A stretch of 63,551 nt of DNA, counting the filler. It is 4 parts of 4 records of this genome, joined end to end, with 100 filler letters (N's around TTAATTAATTAA, not from the genome) between each part and the next. Parts side by side here need not be neighbours in the genome. Positions count along the whole stretch, not along the records: positions 1 to 14,462 come from SRR20825006_348; positions 14,563 to 28,532 come from SRR20825006_352; 2 more parts are not named here. The stretch is one strand, 5' to 3'. The translations under genes and the position numbers were made by a program. A model generated the notes under the pieces. The model ran no database searches and was not told the origin of the DNA. It saw only the letters and a program-made list of their open reading frames with translations. Of the stretch, positions 10,337 through 21,264 are shown in pieces. Each line of letters starts with the position of its first letter. Position 1 is the first letter of the stretch.

Positions 10337-10352
10337 TAGGAAGTTTCTATCA
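10334..10352. promoter_or_regulatory. LysR (FdsR) recognition site upstream of fdsG
   Basis: Perfect inverted repeat TGATAG-N7-CTATCA containing T-N11-A, shortly upstream of a TTGACC -35-like hexamer at 10371. Confidence 0.75.
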
Positions 10353-10426
10353 GTTAACGGAATAGCGATATTGACCTTTTGTGTGTCGCTCGGGTTTTGT
10401 GGTGGAAATGACCAAAGAGGCCAGCC

Positions 10427-10921
10427 ATGCGCACCCGAATGCCAGCCCAGTCCGATCTGACGCCGCCTGACGTGACAGACATCGAAGCCGTGATCCGCCC
10501 GTTTTTGGCGCTCGAAGGCCCGCTCTTGCCAATGCTGCACGCGCTGCAAGAGGCCTATGGTTATGTCCCCGAGAGCGCTTACGCGCCGCTCTGTGCCGCG
10601 CTGAACATCACCCGCGCCGAACTCAAAGGCGTGCTGTCGTTTTACCATGATTTTCGCACCCGCCCGTCGGGCAAACATGTGTTGAAAATCTGCCGTGCCG
10701 AGGCCTGTCAGGCGATGGGCGCGACGGCCATGGCGGATCGGTTGTTGAAAAAACTGGGTCTGGAGTGGCACGGCACCACCGCCAATGGCGCGGTCACCGT
10801 TGAGCCGGTCTATTGCCTTGGTCTTTGCGCCTGCGCCCCCGCCGCGATGGTGGACGGCAAGGTGATCGGTCGGGTCGGTGACGCGCGTTTGGATACGGTT
10901 TTGGCGGAGGTTGGTGCATGA
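10427..10921 (+). CDS. fdsG: NAD-dependent formate dehydrogenase gamma subunit (NuoE-like)
   Basis: LLPMLHALQ, SFYHDF, CRAEAC and CLGLCACAP [2Fe-2S] ligands. Confidence 0.95.
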   Translation: MRTRMPAQSDLTPPDVTDIEAVIRPFLALEGPLLPMLHALQEAYGYVPESAYAPLCAALNITRAELKGVLSFYHDFRTRPSGKHVLKICRAEACQAMGATAMADRLLKKLGLEWHGTTANGAVTVEPVYCLGLCACAPAAMVDGKVIGRVGDARLDTVLAEVGA

Positions 10922-12435
10922 AAATCTATGTCCCCATGGACAGCGCCGCCAAGGCGCTGGGTGCCGATGACGTGGCCGGGGTGTTGGCTGCCGAGGCGCA
11001 AAAGCGCGGCCTTGAGGTCGAGATCATCCGCAACGGTACGCGCGGCATGATCTGGCTTGAACCGCTTGTTGAGATTGAGAAAGACGGCGTGCGTCAGGCC
11101 TATGGTCCGATTGCCCCCACCGATGTGGGCGCGCTTTTGGACGGTCGCGTTGACACGCATGGCTCGGTTGAAGACATCCCGTTTTTCGCCCGCCAAACCC
11201 GCCTGACCTTTGCTCGCTGCGGCCTCACCGATCCGCTTTCCATCGCGGATTATGAGGCCCATGGGGGGCTTGAAGGTCTCAAACGTGCGATTGCCATGTC
11301 GCAAGACGCGATCATTGATGAGGTCAAACTCTCCGGTCTGCGCGGACGTGGCGGCGCGGGCTTTCCGACCGGGATCAAATGGGACACCGTGCGCTTGGCC
11401 CATGCGCCGCAAAAATACATCGTCTGCAATGCGGACGAGGGCGACAGCGGCACCTTTGCCGACCGGATGATCATGGAAGGCGACCCGTTCACCCTGATCG
11501 AAGGCATGACCATCGCCGGGATCGGCTGTGGCGCCACCAAAGGTTATATCTACATTCGCTCCGAATACCCGGACGCCATCGCCGTCATGTCCCGTGCGGT
11601 CGAGATTGCGCGCGCCGCGGGCGTTTTGGGCGTGGACATTCTGGGGTCGGGCAAGGCGTTTGACATGGAGGTCCGCACCGGGGCCGGAGCCTATGTGTGC
11701 GGCGAAGAGACCTCGTTGCTCAACTCGCTCGAAGGCAAACGCGGCGTGGTCCGCGCCAAGCCGCCTTTGCCCGCGTTGGAGGGGTTCCTCGGTCGCCCCA
11801 CTGTGGTGAACAACGTAATTTCTCTGGCAACTGTGCCAGTGATCTTTGCCAAGGGCGCGGAGCATTACGCGAGCTTCGGTCTGGGGCGCTCAAAAGGCAC
11901 GATGCCGATCCAGATTGCAGGAAATGTGAAATTTGGTGGCCTGTTTGAGACCGCTTTCGGCATGCCGTTGGGCGAATTGGTCAACACAGTCGCGGGCGGC
12001 ACCGCCACTGGGCGGCCTGTCAAAGCGGTGCAAGTTGGCGGACCTTTGGGGGCCTATCTGCACCCGGATCAGTTTGACACGCCCTTTGGCTATGAAGAAT
12101 TCGACGGGCAAAAGGCGCTCATCGGTCATGCCGGGATTGTGGTGTTTGATGACAGCGCCGACATGTTGTCGATGGCACGGTTTGCGATGGAATTTTGTGC
12201 GGTGGAAAGCTGTGGCAAATGCACGCCCTGCCGGATCGGTGCGGTGCGCGGTGTTGAGACGATTGACCGAATTGCCGAAGGCGACACAGGCGCAATCGAA
12301 TTGCTCACCGATCTTTGCGAGGTGATGACCGATGGCTCGCTGTGCGCCTTGGGCGGGTTCACGCCCTTTCCGGTGATGTCGGCACTGCGACATTTCCCCG
12401 AAGATTTCGCCCCGCAAAAGGAGGCCGCAGAATGA
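10918..12435 (+). CDS. fdsB: NAD-dependent formate dehydrogenase beta subunit (NuoF-like)
   Basis: GLRGRGGAGFPTG, NADEGDSGTFADR, GAYVCGEETSL and ESCGKCTPCR. ATGA overlap with fdsG. Confidence 0.96.
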   Translation: MKIYVPMDSAAKALGADDVAGVLAAEAQKRGLEVEIIRNGTRGMIWLEPLVEIEKDGVRQAYGPIAPTDVGALLDGRVDTHGSVEDIPFFARQTRLTFARCGLTDPLSIADYEAHGGLEGLKRAIAMSQDAIIDEVKLSGLRGRGGAGFPTGIKWDTVRLAHAPQKYIVCNADEGDSGTFADRMIMEGDPFTLIEGMTIAGIGCGATKGYIYIRSEYPDAIAVMSRAVEIARAAGVLGVDILGSGKAFDMEVRTGAGAYVCGEETSLLNSLEGKRGVVRAKPPLPALEGFLGRPTVVNNVISLATVPVIFAKGAEHYASFGLGRSKGTMPIQIAGNVKFGGLFETAFGMPLGELVNTVAGGTATGRPVKAVQVGGPLGAYLHPDQFDTPFGYEEFDGQKALIGHAGIVVFDDSADMLSMARFAMEFCAVESCGKCTPCRIGAVRGVETIDRIAEGDTGAIELLTDLCEVMTDGSLCALGGFTPFPVMSALRHFPEDFAPQKEAAE

Positions 12436-14462
12436 AAGATTTCATCATCCCCGGACAGAATGACGCGTGGGGCAATGGCATTCAGGATGAGACAGATCGC
12501 GGCACTCCGGCGCACACCGGCGCGCCCGTGACGCTGACCATCGACGGTATGGAGATCACCGTGCCTGCGGGCACATCGGTGATGCGCGCGGCCTCCGAAC
12601 TGGGCATCCAAGTGCCGAAACTTTGCGCCACCGACAGTCTTGAGGCCTTTGGCTCCTGCCGTCTTTGCGCGGTCGAAATCGAAGGGCGTCGCGGCACACC
12701 CGCGTCGTGCACCACACCGGTTCACGCCGGGATGACGGTCCACACTCAGACCCCGAAACTGCGCAAGCTGCGTAAGGGGGTGATGGAGCTTTACATCTCG
12801 GATCACCCGCTCGATTGCCTGACCTGTGCCGCCAACAATGATTGCGAATTGCAGGATATGGCCGGGGCCGTGGGCCTGCGCGATGTGCGCTATAAAGCAC
12901 CGGAAAGCGCGCCACTGGCCAACCATTTCGAAGCGCGCGACACCTCAGGCGCGGCCAATCCCGAATGGTTGCCGAAAGACGACAGCAACCCGTATTTCAC
13001 CTATGACGCCTCCAAATGTATCGTCTGCAACCGCTGTGTGCGGGCCTGCGAAGAGGTTCAGGGGACATTTGCCCTGACCATCGAAGGGCGCGGCTTTGAC
13101 AGCCGCGTTGCGGTCGGGGCGGAAAATTTCATGGCCTCCGATTGCGTGTCCTGTGGCGCCTGTGTTCAGGCCTGCCCAACCGCGACCTTGCAGGAAAAAT
13201 CCGTCATTGAACTCGGCACGCCGGATCGGTCCGTTGTCACCACCTGCGCCTATTGTGGTGTTGGCTGTAGCTTTAAGGCGGAGATGCAGGGCGATCAATT
13301 GGTTCGCATGGTGCCCTATAAACATGGCAAGGCGAACCGGGGTCATTCCTGTGTCAAAGGCCGGTTTGCCTATGGCTATGCCTCGCATTCGGACCGCATC
13401 CTCAACCCGATGATCCGCGACAGCGTCGATCAGCCGTGGAAAGAGGTGTCTTGGGAGGAGGCGCTTGACTTTGCCGCCAAGAAACTCGTCGGGCTTCAGG
13501 CCAAATACGGCCAAAAGAGCATTGGCGTGATCACCTCGTCGCGCTGCACCAATGAGGAAACCTATCTGGTGCAAAAACTCACCCGCGCGGTGTTTGGCAA
13601 CAACAACACCGACACCTGCGCGCGCGTCTGCCATTCACCGACAGGCTATGGGTTAGGCCAAACATTCGGCACCTCCGCCGGGACACAGGATTTTGATTCC
13701 GTTGAGAAATCCGATGTGATCATCGTCATTGGCGCGAACCCGACGGATGGCCACCCGGTTTTTGCCTCGCGCCTGCGCAAACGCTTGCGTCAAGGGGCGA
13801 AACTGATCGTGGTGGACCCACGCCGGATCGACCTTTTGCACACGCCACATATGGGCGAGGGCCATCATTTGCCACTCAAACCCGGCACCAATGTTGCCGT
13901 GGTCTCGGCCCTCTCGCATGTCATCGTGACCGAAGGGCTGATGGATGAGGCGTTTATCAAAGCGCGCTGTGATCTCGACGCGTGGGAGGATTACAAAGCC
14001 TTTATCAGTGAAGATCGACACGCACCCGAAGCCACAGAGGCGCTCACCGGCGTGCCGGCCGCGACCCTGCGGGATGCGGCGCGGGCCTTTGCGACGGGGG
14101 GCAATGGCGCGATCTATTATGGGCTTGGCGTTACCGAACACTCTCAGGGTTCGACCACAGTGATGGCCATCGCCAACCTTGCGATGATGACCGGCAACAT
14201 TGGCCGCGAGGGCGTGGGCGTGAACCCGCTGCGCGGTCAAAACAACGTCCAGGGGTCATGTGATATGGGCTCTTTCCCGCATGAATTTCCGGGCTACCGC
14301 CATGTGCACGGCGATGAGGTGCGGCAGATGTTTGAACAGGTCTGGGGGGTGTCTTTGGACGCGGAACCGGGCTTGCGCATTCCGAATATGTTGGACGCGG
14401 CGGTCGATGGCACCTTTAAGGGTCTGTATTGTCAGGGCGAAGACATCCTGCAATCCGACCCC
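12432..14462 (+). CDS. fdsA: NAD-dependent formate dehydrogenase alpha subunit (molybdoenzyme), truncated by contig end
   Basis: Fe-S motifs GSCRLC, HPLDCLTC, CIVCNRC, CVSCGAC and CAYCGVGC; Mo-ligand motif CARVCH; LRGQNNVQG. Start ATG 12432 overlaps the fdsB stop. Confidence 0.96.
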
Positions 14463-14562
14463 NNNNNNNNNNNNNNNNNNNNNNNNNNNNNNNNNNNNNN
14501 NNNNNNTTAATTAATTAANNNNNNNNNNNNNNNNNNNNNNNNNNNNNNNNNNNNNNNNNNNN
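14463..14562. other. Artificial contig spacer
   Basis: N44-TTAATTAATTAA-N44 (stops in all six frames); genes are cut on both sides. Confidence 0.99.
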
Positions 14563-16394
14563 GCGTAGTTCATATTGTAGAGCCTGGAATAGAGCCCGCC
14601 CAGTTCCATGAGCTGGTCGTGATTGCCCTCTTCGATCTTTTCGCCATTCTGCAGCACGATGATGCGATCGGCCCCGCGAATGGTGGCGAGGCGGTGGGCT
14701 ATGACCATGCCGGTGCGGCCCTTGAGAAGAATTTCCAGCGCCTTCTGGATCTGGCGTTCCGTATAGCTGTCGATGTTGGCGGTGGCTTCGTCGAGCACCA
14801 GGATCTTGGCATCGGCTACCAGGGCGCGGGCGAAGCTAAGGAGCTGGCGCTGGCCGAGCGATAGGTTGGAGCCGCGCTGCTCGAGCATGGTGTCGTAGCC
14901 ATTGGCGAAACGATCGATGAATTCATGCGCGCCGACGGCCTTGGCGGCGGCGATGACATCTTCGCGGGTGGCCGAGGCCTTGTTGTAGCGGATGTTTTCA
15001 AAGATCGTGCCGGTGAACAGGAATGGTTCCTGGAGCACCATGGCGACCTGCTCGCCTAAGGATTCCTGGGTGACATCGCGCACATCGTGGCCACCGACGA
15101 TGACCGCGCCGTCCTGGACCTCATAGAAGCGGTGGACCAGCGCCATGGCGCTGGTCTTGCCCGAACCGGTGGGGCCGATGACCGCAACGGTCTCGCCGGG
15201 ATTGACCTTGAAAGACACATCTTTCAGCACCGGGCGCTTCGGATCGTAGCCGAACACCACATTCTTGAACTCGACCGAACCATCCATCTCGCCGGTCAGC
15301 ACCTTGGCGTCGGATTTGTCCTCGATCACGGTGGGCAGATCGAGCACTTCGGTGATGCGACGGCCCGAGGTCATGGCGCGCTGCATGATGGAATATTGCA
15401 TGGTGAGCGAGCGGATCGGGTCGAAGAAGCGCTGCACATAAAACAGGAACGCCACAACAACGCCGACCTGCAGCGCGCCGTTGAGCACCATGGCGCCGCC
15501 AACCACCACGACCGTGGCCATGGAAATGCCGGTGAGGGTATCGACGATGGGCACCATGACCTGGGCGAATTTGGAGCCGGTGAGCTGGGTGCGCAGGTTC
15601 TGATAGGCCTTGTCGTCATACAGGTCGAAATTGACCTTCTGGCGATCCAGGTTCTGCACCGTGCGCACGCCATTGATGCCCTCGGCCATGGCCCCGGCTG
15701 TCAATGAATTGGTTTCGTGCGCCGCCCAGAAGGCGCGCTTGGCCCGCGGCAGCCAGAAGATGCGAATGATGAACAGCACCGGCATGGTGATAAGGGTCAC
15801 CAGCCCCAGCCATGGGTCGAGGCTCAACAGCACGGCAACGATGCCGAACAACAGGACCAGATCGCCGACCGAAATCACCGAGGTTTCGAGAAATTCCTGC
15901 ATGGCACTGACGTCGCCCTGCAGGCGGCTCATCAGGCGGCCGACTTCGGTGCGGTCCATGTAGCTGAGTGAAACGCGCTGGAGCTGGGCGAACATGGCGC
16001 GACGCATGTCGAACAGCACGTGTTCGGCGACCTGCCCGACCTGGGTTTCCTGCACCCAGGAGGCGCCGAAATTGAGCAGCACCGCGATGGCGAACGCGCC
16101 CACGGCCCAGAGCAGATTGTTCGGATCACCGCCGGCAACCAGCGCGGTGTCGATGGCATTGCCGATGATGAGCGGAATGGCCAATTGGGTGCCGGTAAAG
16201 ATCAGCACCGCCGCAACGGCGAGATAGATCTTGAGGCGATAGGGCTTCACATAGGCCCAGATGCGCCGGACCGTCTTGGGGTCATAGGCCTTGCCGAAAA
16301 CTTCTTCCTCGATGCGGTGGCTGCCCACCGAGGCGCGGGGCGGACGCTGGCCGGGAAAGGCGGCGACTTCGCTTTCGTCATCAACGACGCTCAT
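14563..16394 (-). CDS. ABC exporter half-transporter (TMD+NBD), consensus Walker B subunit, 3' end truncated
   Basis: Walker A GPTGSGKT, signature LSLGQ, Walker B LVLDEAT, switch IAHR. Confidence 0.92.
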
Positions 16395-18238
16395 TGGGCT
16401 GCCTCCAGGTCATCGGCGGGGCGGGTCTGCAAATCGTAGAGCGCGCGATAGCGGCCGCCCTGCGCGAGCAGGTCTTCGTGGGTGCCACGCTCGATGATCC
16501 GGCCATCTTCGAGGAACAGGATCAGATCGGCATGCATCAGCGAGGACAGGCGATGGGCGATGATCATGGTCACCCGGTCGCTGGCGAAGCGGCGGATGGC
16601 CGAGCGGATACGATGCTCGGTGCCGGCGTCGATGGCGGCGGTCGAATCGTCGAACACCATGACAGCAGGCTTGAGCACCAGGGAGCGCGCGATGGAGAGG
16701 CGCTGGCGCTGACCACCGGAAAGCGAGACGCCGCGCTCGCCCACCACGGTGTCGTAGTCGGCGGGCAAGCCCATGATGTAGTTGTGCAATTGGGCGCTTT
16801 CGGCGGCGCGCTCGATCTTGCGCTCCTTGGCCCAGGGATCGCCATAGGCGATGTTGTTCTCGATGGTGGTGGTGAACAGGAACGTGTCCTGCTGCACCAC
16901 GGCGACAGAGCGCCTGAGGCTTTGCAGCGTCACGTCGCGCACATCCTGCCCATCGAGCGTGATGCGGCCGGAGGTGATGTCGTAAAAGCGCGGAATGAGA
17001 TGGGCGAGCGTGGATTTGCCGCTGCCCGGGGCGCCGACAATGCCGATGGTCTGGCCGGCTTTTGCCTCGAAGCTGATGCCATTGAGGGTGGGCACGGTGG
17101 AGCCAGGATAGGTAAAGTGAACATCCTCGAAGCGCAGCACGCCCTTGCTGATCTCGAGGGGGGTGGCGCCGGGCCTGTCCTCGATCTCCACGGGAGCATC
17201 GAGGAAGGCATAGAAGCGCTCGCCGCAGGTGGAGGCGCGGGCATAGGAATTGACCATCAGGCCGAGCTGGCGCACCGGCATCTGCAGAATGGTCATGAAG
17301 GTGAGAAAGCTGGCCAGCGTGCCGACGGTCATTTCGCCGGCGATGACCTTGTTGCCACCGACCCAGAGCACAAGGCCCATGGCGACAAAGAAGGAAAAGG
17401 TCATCATCGAGGTGTTCTTGACGCGCACCTGCACGCGGCGATGCGCCAGCTCCAGCGCGGCCTTTGAGGCGGTGTCGAACTTGTCGAGCTCGTGCTTCTG
17501 GCCCGAAAAAGCGCGCACGACGCGAATGCCGCCAAGATTTTCTTCCATGACGCGGGTCAAGACGGAGAGCTTTTGCTGCAGGATCAGCCAGGTGGCGCGC
17601 AGCGTGAGCTGGGCCACTGATGAGCGCCAGGCAACGAAGGGCACAAAGCTCAGGGCCAGAAAGCCGAGCAGCACATCGGTCGAGAGCAGCATCCAGGCGC
17701 CGACCCCGATGAGCACGACCAACAGGATGGTGCGCACCAGACCGGTCGAGAAGAACATGCGCAGCCCGTCCAGATCGAGCAGGCCGATGGTGATCAGATC
17801 GCCCGAATGCACCCGGTCGTGATAGGAATAGGAGAGGCGCTGGACCTTGTCATAAAAGGCCAGGCGCAGCTCGTAGCCGACATGGTGGCCGACGCTTTCC
17901 GAAAAATAGTTCTGCACCAAGGTGAAGAGACCGCGCGCGACTGACGCGGCGAGCAGGGTCAGTGCCGTCCAGAGCAGGGCTTCCTGCGCGCCTTCGCCGG
18001 CCACGCTGAGCACGTTATGCGCCTGGTCAATGGCCTGCCCCAGCAAACGCGGAATGGTCAGTTGCAGGGTGGCTGCAATGATGGTGGCCCCAACGGCCAG
18101 GCTCGCCTGAAACGGGTGGCGGAGGGAAAACAGGGTAATGCGCGTCAATGGCGCCATGCCTTTACCGGCATGGGCTGCTGCAACATGGTCCCGAGCATCG
18201 CCGCGCGAACGCTCGCGGCCAGCCTTGAGGGTTATCAA
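16391..18238 (-). CDS. ABC exporter half-transporter (TMD+NBD), degenerate Walker B subunit
   Basis: GAPGSGKS, LSGGQ, Walker B MVFDDS. 4-nt overlap with the partner gene. Start codon uncertain (TTG 18238). Confidence 0.92.
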   Translation of the reverse strand: MITLKAGRERSRGDARDHVAAAHAGKGMAPLTRITLFSLRHPFQASLAVGATIIAATLQLTIPRLLGQAIDQAHNVLSVAGEGAQEALLWTALTLLAASVARGLFTLVQNYFSESVGHHVGYELRLAFYDKVQRLSYSYHDRVHSGDLITIGLLDLDGLRMFFSTGLVRTILLVVLIGVGAWMLLSTDVLLGFLALSFVPFVAWRSSVAQLTLRATWLILQQKLSVLTRVMEENLGGIRVVRAFSGQKHELDKFDTASKAALELAHRRVQVRVKNTSMMTFSFFVAMGLVLWVGGNKVIAGEMTVGTLASFLTFMTILQMPVRQLGLMVNSYARASTCGERFYAFLDAPVEIEDRPGATPLEISKGVLRFEDVHFTYPGSTVPTLNGISFEAKAGQTIGIVGAPGSGKSTLAHLIPRFYDITSGRITLDGQDVRDVTLQSLRRSVAVVQQDTFLFTTTIENNIAYGDPWAKERKIERAAESAQLHNYIMGLPADYDTVVGERGVSLSGGQRQRLSIARSLVLKPAVMVFDDSTAAIDAGTEHRIRSAIRRFASDRVTMIIAHRLSSLMHADLILFLEDGRIIERGTHEDLLAQGGRYRALYDLQTRPADDLEAAQ

Positions 18239-18480
18239 GGGAGTATCCAGACGTCAGTTAGGTGGGACCCGAAAGGGAGAGGCGGGAGGACCGTCGACCA
18301 GCAATCGGGCAAATCAAAAACTCGCCTGCCTATAAAAAGCGCATTGCGCCTTCCATTCAAGGTGCAATTTGCGCAAAAAATGCAACGTTCTACCGATTTT
18401 ACGCCATCGGCATGCCCCCTTGCCCAGTCCGGGGCTGGCGGACAGGCCGCTGCCGGGTGCATGAGCCAAGCAAAGGACGC

Positions 18481-19230
18481 ATGCCCATGACACCCCTTAT
18501 TTCGGCCCTTGTGGTCGGCGTGGTTTTTCTGACCTCGACGATTTCCGGCATTTTCGGCATGGCTGGCGGCATGCTGCTATTGGCGGGGCTGCTGACCATA
18601 TTGCCGGTGGCCACCGCGATTGCCCTGCAGGGCGCCATCCAGATCGTTGCCAATGGGTCGCGGGCCTGGTTCTCGCGCGATTTCATCGACTGGCGGATCA
18701 TTTCCACCATGGTGGTGGGCCTGGCGCTGGCGGCAATATTGCTGTTCGCGCTGCGCTATCAGCCGGACCTGGCGACGGTGTGCATCGCGGTGGGGCTGAT
18801 GCCGATCCTGGTCTGGCTGCCCAAGAGCTGGTTGCAGCTTGATGCCAGCCGGCCGGTGCACGGATTTTTCTGCGGTTTTGTCAGTGGCGGGCTGAACCTG
18901 GCGGTGGGCGTGGCCGGGCCGAGCATCGATATCTTCTTCATCCGCACCCAGATGGACCGGCGCAAGGTGATTGCCACCAAGGCCTGCATGCAGGTGATCT
19001 CGCATGGCGCCAAGGTGGTGTTCTATGGCGCCACGGCGGCGGCCATGGCCACGGGCGACTGGATCCTGGTCGCCATCGCCGCGCCCTTTGCCATTGCCGG
19101 GACCAGTCTGGGCTATCGCATTCTGCAGCGCCTCAGCGATGACGGGTTCCGGCGCTGGACGCGCTGGATCGTCACTATGCTGGGCATATTCTATCTCATG
19201 CGCGGCATTTTGTTGCTCGCAGGTTCCTAA
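18481..19230 (+). CDS. TauE/SafE (TSUP) family permease
   Basis: ISGIFGMAGG and NLAVGVAGP repeats, multiple TM helices, AAAGGA RBS before ATG 18481. Confidence 0.85.
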   Translation: MPMTPLISALVVGVVFLTSTISGIFGMAGGMLLLAGLLTILPVATAIALQGAIQIVANGSRAWFSRDFIDWRIISTMVVGLALAAILLFALRYQPDLATVCIAVGLMPILVWLPKSWLQLDASRPVHGFFCGFVSGGLNLAVGVAGPSIDIFFIRTQMDRRKVIATKACMQVISHGAKVVFYGATAAAMATGDWILVAIAAPFAIAGTSLGYRILQRLSDDGFRRWTRWIVTMLGIFYLMRGILLLAGS

Positions 19231-19256
19231 TCGCTATGGTGCCTGCGGGAGACGAC

Positions 19257-20168
19257 ATGGCACCATTCGATAGCGTAACCGCACGCCTTATCCTGCTTCT
19301 GGCCGAGACCGGCTCGATCGGCCGCGCGGCGGAACGGGAGGGCATCGCCTCCTCGGCGGTCAGCCGGCGGGTTTCCGATCTGGAAGGACGGCTGGGCGTG
19401 GTCCTGTTCGACCGCTCGGCGCATGGGGTGAAGCTGACCAAGGCGGGCGAAGCCTATGCCGAGGGGTGCCGCACCGTATTGCGCTCCATCGCCGATCTCG
19501 ATGCCATCATGGATGATTTCAGCTCCGGACAGCGGGGGAGTCTGAGGCTGGCCTGCACCAGCTCAGCGCTGACCGGACGCCTGCCGGAGCTCCTGGCCAA
19601 ATTCGCAGGCAAATATCCCGGTATCGAGATTGCCATTTCCGAGATGGGCGCGGCCAAGGCACTGCTCTCGCTCGATGAGGGCCAGGCCGACATCGCCATC
19701 GTCTCGGACAATTACGATTTCACGCGTTTTGAAATCCGGCCCTTCGAGGATGAACGGGTGTGGGTGCTGGTGCCGCCCGAGCATGAATTGGCCGCCAGTA
19801 TCGAGCCGCGCAAATCGGTCAATTTCGACGCGGTGATACCCCATTCCATCGTCGGTATTCACCATGCCGGCTCGCTCGACAGGCTGCTGAGCGAAGCGGC
19901 GGAGAAGCTGGGACATCCGCTGAGGGAAGCGCTGCGTGTCGAGAGTTTTCCGGCACTGGTGCGCATGGTCGAAGCCGGATTCGGCATCGGCTTTCTGCGC
20001 TCGACGAGCCTGCATCTGCTAGCCGGTACGGATCTGGTCTGCGCGCCACTGTCGGAGCCCTGGGCGATGCGCAAATTGCTGGTGGCCCGGCGCAAGTCGA
20101 GCCCGCTATCGGCAGCGATGAAAAGTTTCGTCTCGCTGGCCGCCGAAACCTATCTTCCCTCTGTGTGA
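19257..20168 (+). CDS. LysR-family transcriptional regulator
   Basis: GSIGRAAEREGIASSAVSRRVSDLE HTH; MVEAGFGIGFL. Confidence 0.92.
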   Translation: MAPFDSVTARLILLLAETGSIGRAAEREGIASSAVSRRVSDLEGRLGVVLFDRSAHGVKLTKAGEAYAEGCRTVLRSIADLDAIMDDFSSGQRGSLRLACTSSALTGRLPELLAKFAGKYPGIEIAISEMGAAKALLSLDEGQADIAIVSDNYDFTRFEIRPFEDERVWVLVPPEHELAASIEPRKSVNFDAVIPHSIVGIHHAGSLDRLLSEAAEKLGHPLREALRVESFPALVRMVEAGFGIGFLRSTSLHLLAGTDLVCAPLSEPWAMRKLLVARRKSSPLSAAMKSFVSLAAETYLPSV

Positions 20169-20176
20169 CAAAATTT

Positions 20177-20195
20177 CCTGATAAAATATATCAGG
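20177..20195. promoter_or_regulatory. RirA-type iron-responsive operator (IRO box)
   Basis: CC-TGA-TAAAATATA-TCA-GG (TGA-N9-TCA), next to TTGACA (20202-20207), upstream of a siderophore uptake operon. Confidence 0.7.
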
Positions 20196-20291
20196 TTTGT
20201 TTTGACACTATCCAGACTCGCCGATATTGAAGCGGACCAGCGCACTCAAGTTTGCGCAGAGCTTTATCCATTTCAAATCGGAAGTACCGAG

Positions 20292-21194
20292 ATGACCTTT
20301 AGCCGTACCGCCACCGCGCTCCTTGCCGGTTTCGTTGCCCTCAGCACTCCCGTTGTGGCGCAGGAGATCACCGTCACCCACGCTCAGGGTGAAACGACCT
20401 TGCCCGGTGTTCCGGAAAAAGTCGTCAGCTTCGACTTTGCTGCCATCGAAACCCTTGAGGCGATCGGCGTCGATGTGGCCGGCCTGCCCGGTTCAAACCT
20501 GCCGGCGCACCTGGAGAAATATGCCAGCGACGACTATGCCAAGGTCGGTTCGCTGTTCGAGCCTGACTACGAGGCGCTGGCCGCTCTCGAGCCGGACCTG
20601 ATCATCGTCGCGGGCCGCTCCTCGGGCGCCTATGAAGAACTGGCCAAGATCGCCCCGACGGTCGACCTGTCCAATGACTGGGCCGCTTTCTATGGCTCGA
20701 TCCAGGCCAATGCCGACATTGTCGGCCAGCTTTTCGACAAGGAAGCGGAGATCGACGCCCTGCAGGCCGAGACCGACGCCAAGGTGGACGCCGCCAAGGC
20801 CGCCGCGGCCGATGCCGGCAAGGGCCTGATCGTGTTGACCAGCGGCGCCGAAGTGTCCGCCTATGGTCCGGGATCGCGCTTCGGTTTCATCCATGACACG
20901 CTGGGGGTGGCCCCGGTGATCGAGGATGTGGAAGCGGCCACTCATGGCGACGCGATCTCGTTCGAGTTCATCCTCGAGGCCAATCCCGACATGCTGTTCG
21001 TGATCGACCGCGATGCGGCCACCGGCCAGGGTGCCGCTGCCGCCATTCTCGACAATGAGCTGGTGGCTGAAACCAGTGCCTGGAAGAATGGCGATGTGGT
21101 CTATATCGACCCGGTGCGCGCCTATATCGTCAATGGCGGCCTGATCTCGTTCGGCATCATGGCCGACCAGGTCGCTGAAGCGCTGAGCCAGTAA
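20292..21194 (+). CDS. Siderophore ABC transporter substrate-binding protein (FatB/CeuE/YclQ-like)
   Basis: Signal peptide; VGSLFEPDYE, AYGPGSRFG, HGDAISFE and LFVIDR motifs. Confidence 0.92.
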   Translation: MTFSRTATALLAGFVALSTPVVAQEITVTHAQGETTLPGVPEKVVSFDFAAIETLEAIGVDVAGLPGSNLPAHLEKYASDDYAKVGSLFEPDYEALAALEPDLIIVAGRSSGAYEELAKIAPTVDLSNDWAAFYGSIQANADIVGQLFDKEAEIDALQAETDAKVDAAKAAAADAGKGLIVLTSGAEVSAYGPGSRFGFIHDTLGVAPVIEDVEAATHGDAISFEFILEANPDMLFVIDRDAATGQGAAAAILDNELVAETSAWKNGDVVYIDPVRAYIVNGGLISFGIMADQVAEALSQ

Positions 21195-21211
21195 GCGATA
21201 CCGCTCCATTC

Positions 21212-21240
21212 GCCCTCGCCCGATCCGGGCGGGGGTTTTT
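21212..21240 (+). terminator. Intra-operon hairpin/terminator after the SBP gene
   Basis: GCCCTCGCCCG-atc-CGGGCGGGGGT followed by TTTT. Confidence 0.6.
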
Positions 21241-21264
21241 GCTTTTCAGGCATTTTCGGCCCCC

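Noticed and set aside
13612-13635. Selenocysteine recoding in FdsA
   Set aside because: The Mo-ligand motif CARVCH uses ordinary Cys codons and there is no in-frame TGA.
14507-14518. TTAATTAATTAA palindrome (also within the other two spacers)
   Set aside because: It is a synthetic six-frame-stop linker embedded in Ns.
18369-18385. TTGCGCAAAAAATGCAA imperfect palindrome between the ABC exporter and TauE genes
   Set aside because: It could be a regulator site, but it is a single imperfect copy with no second instance to support it.
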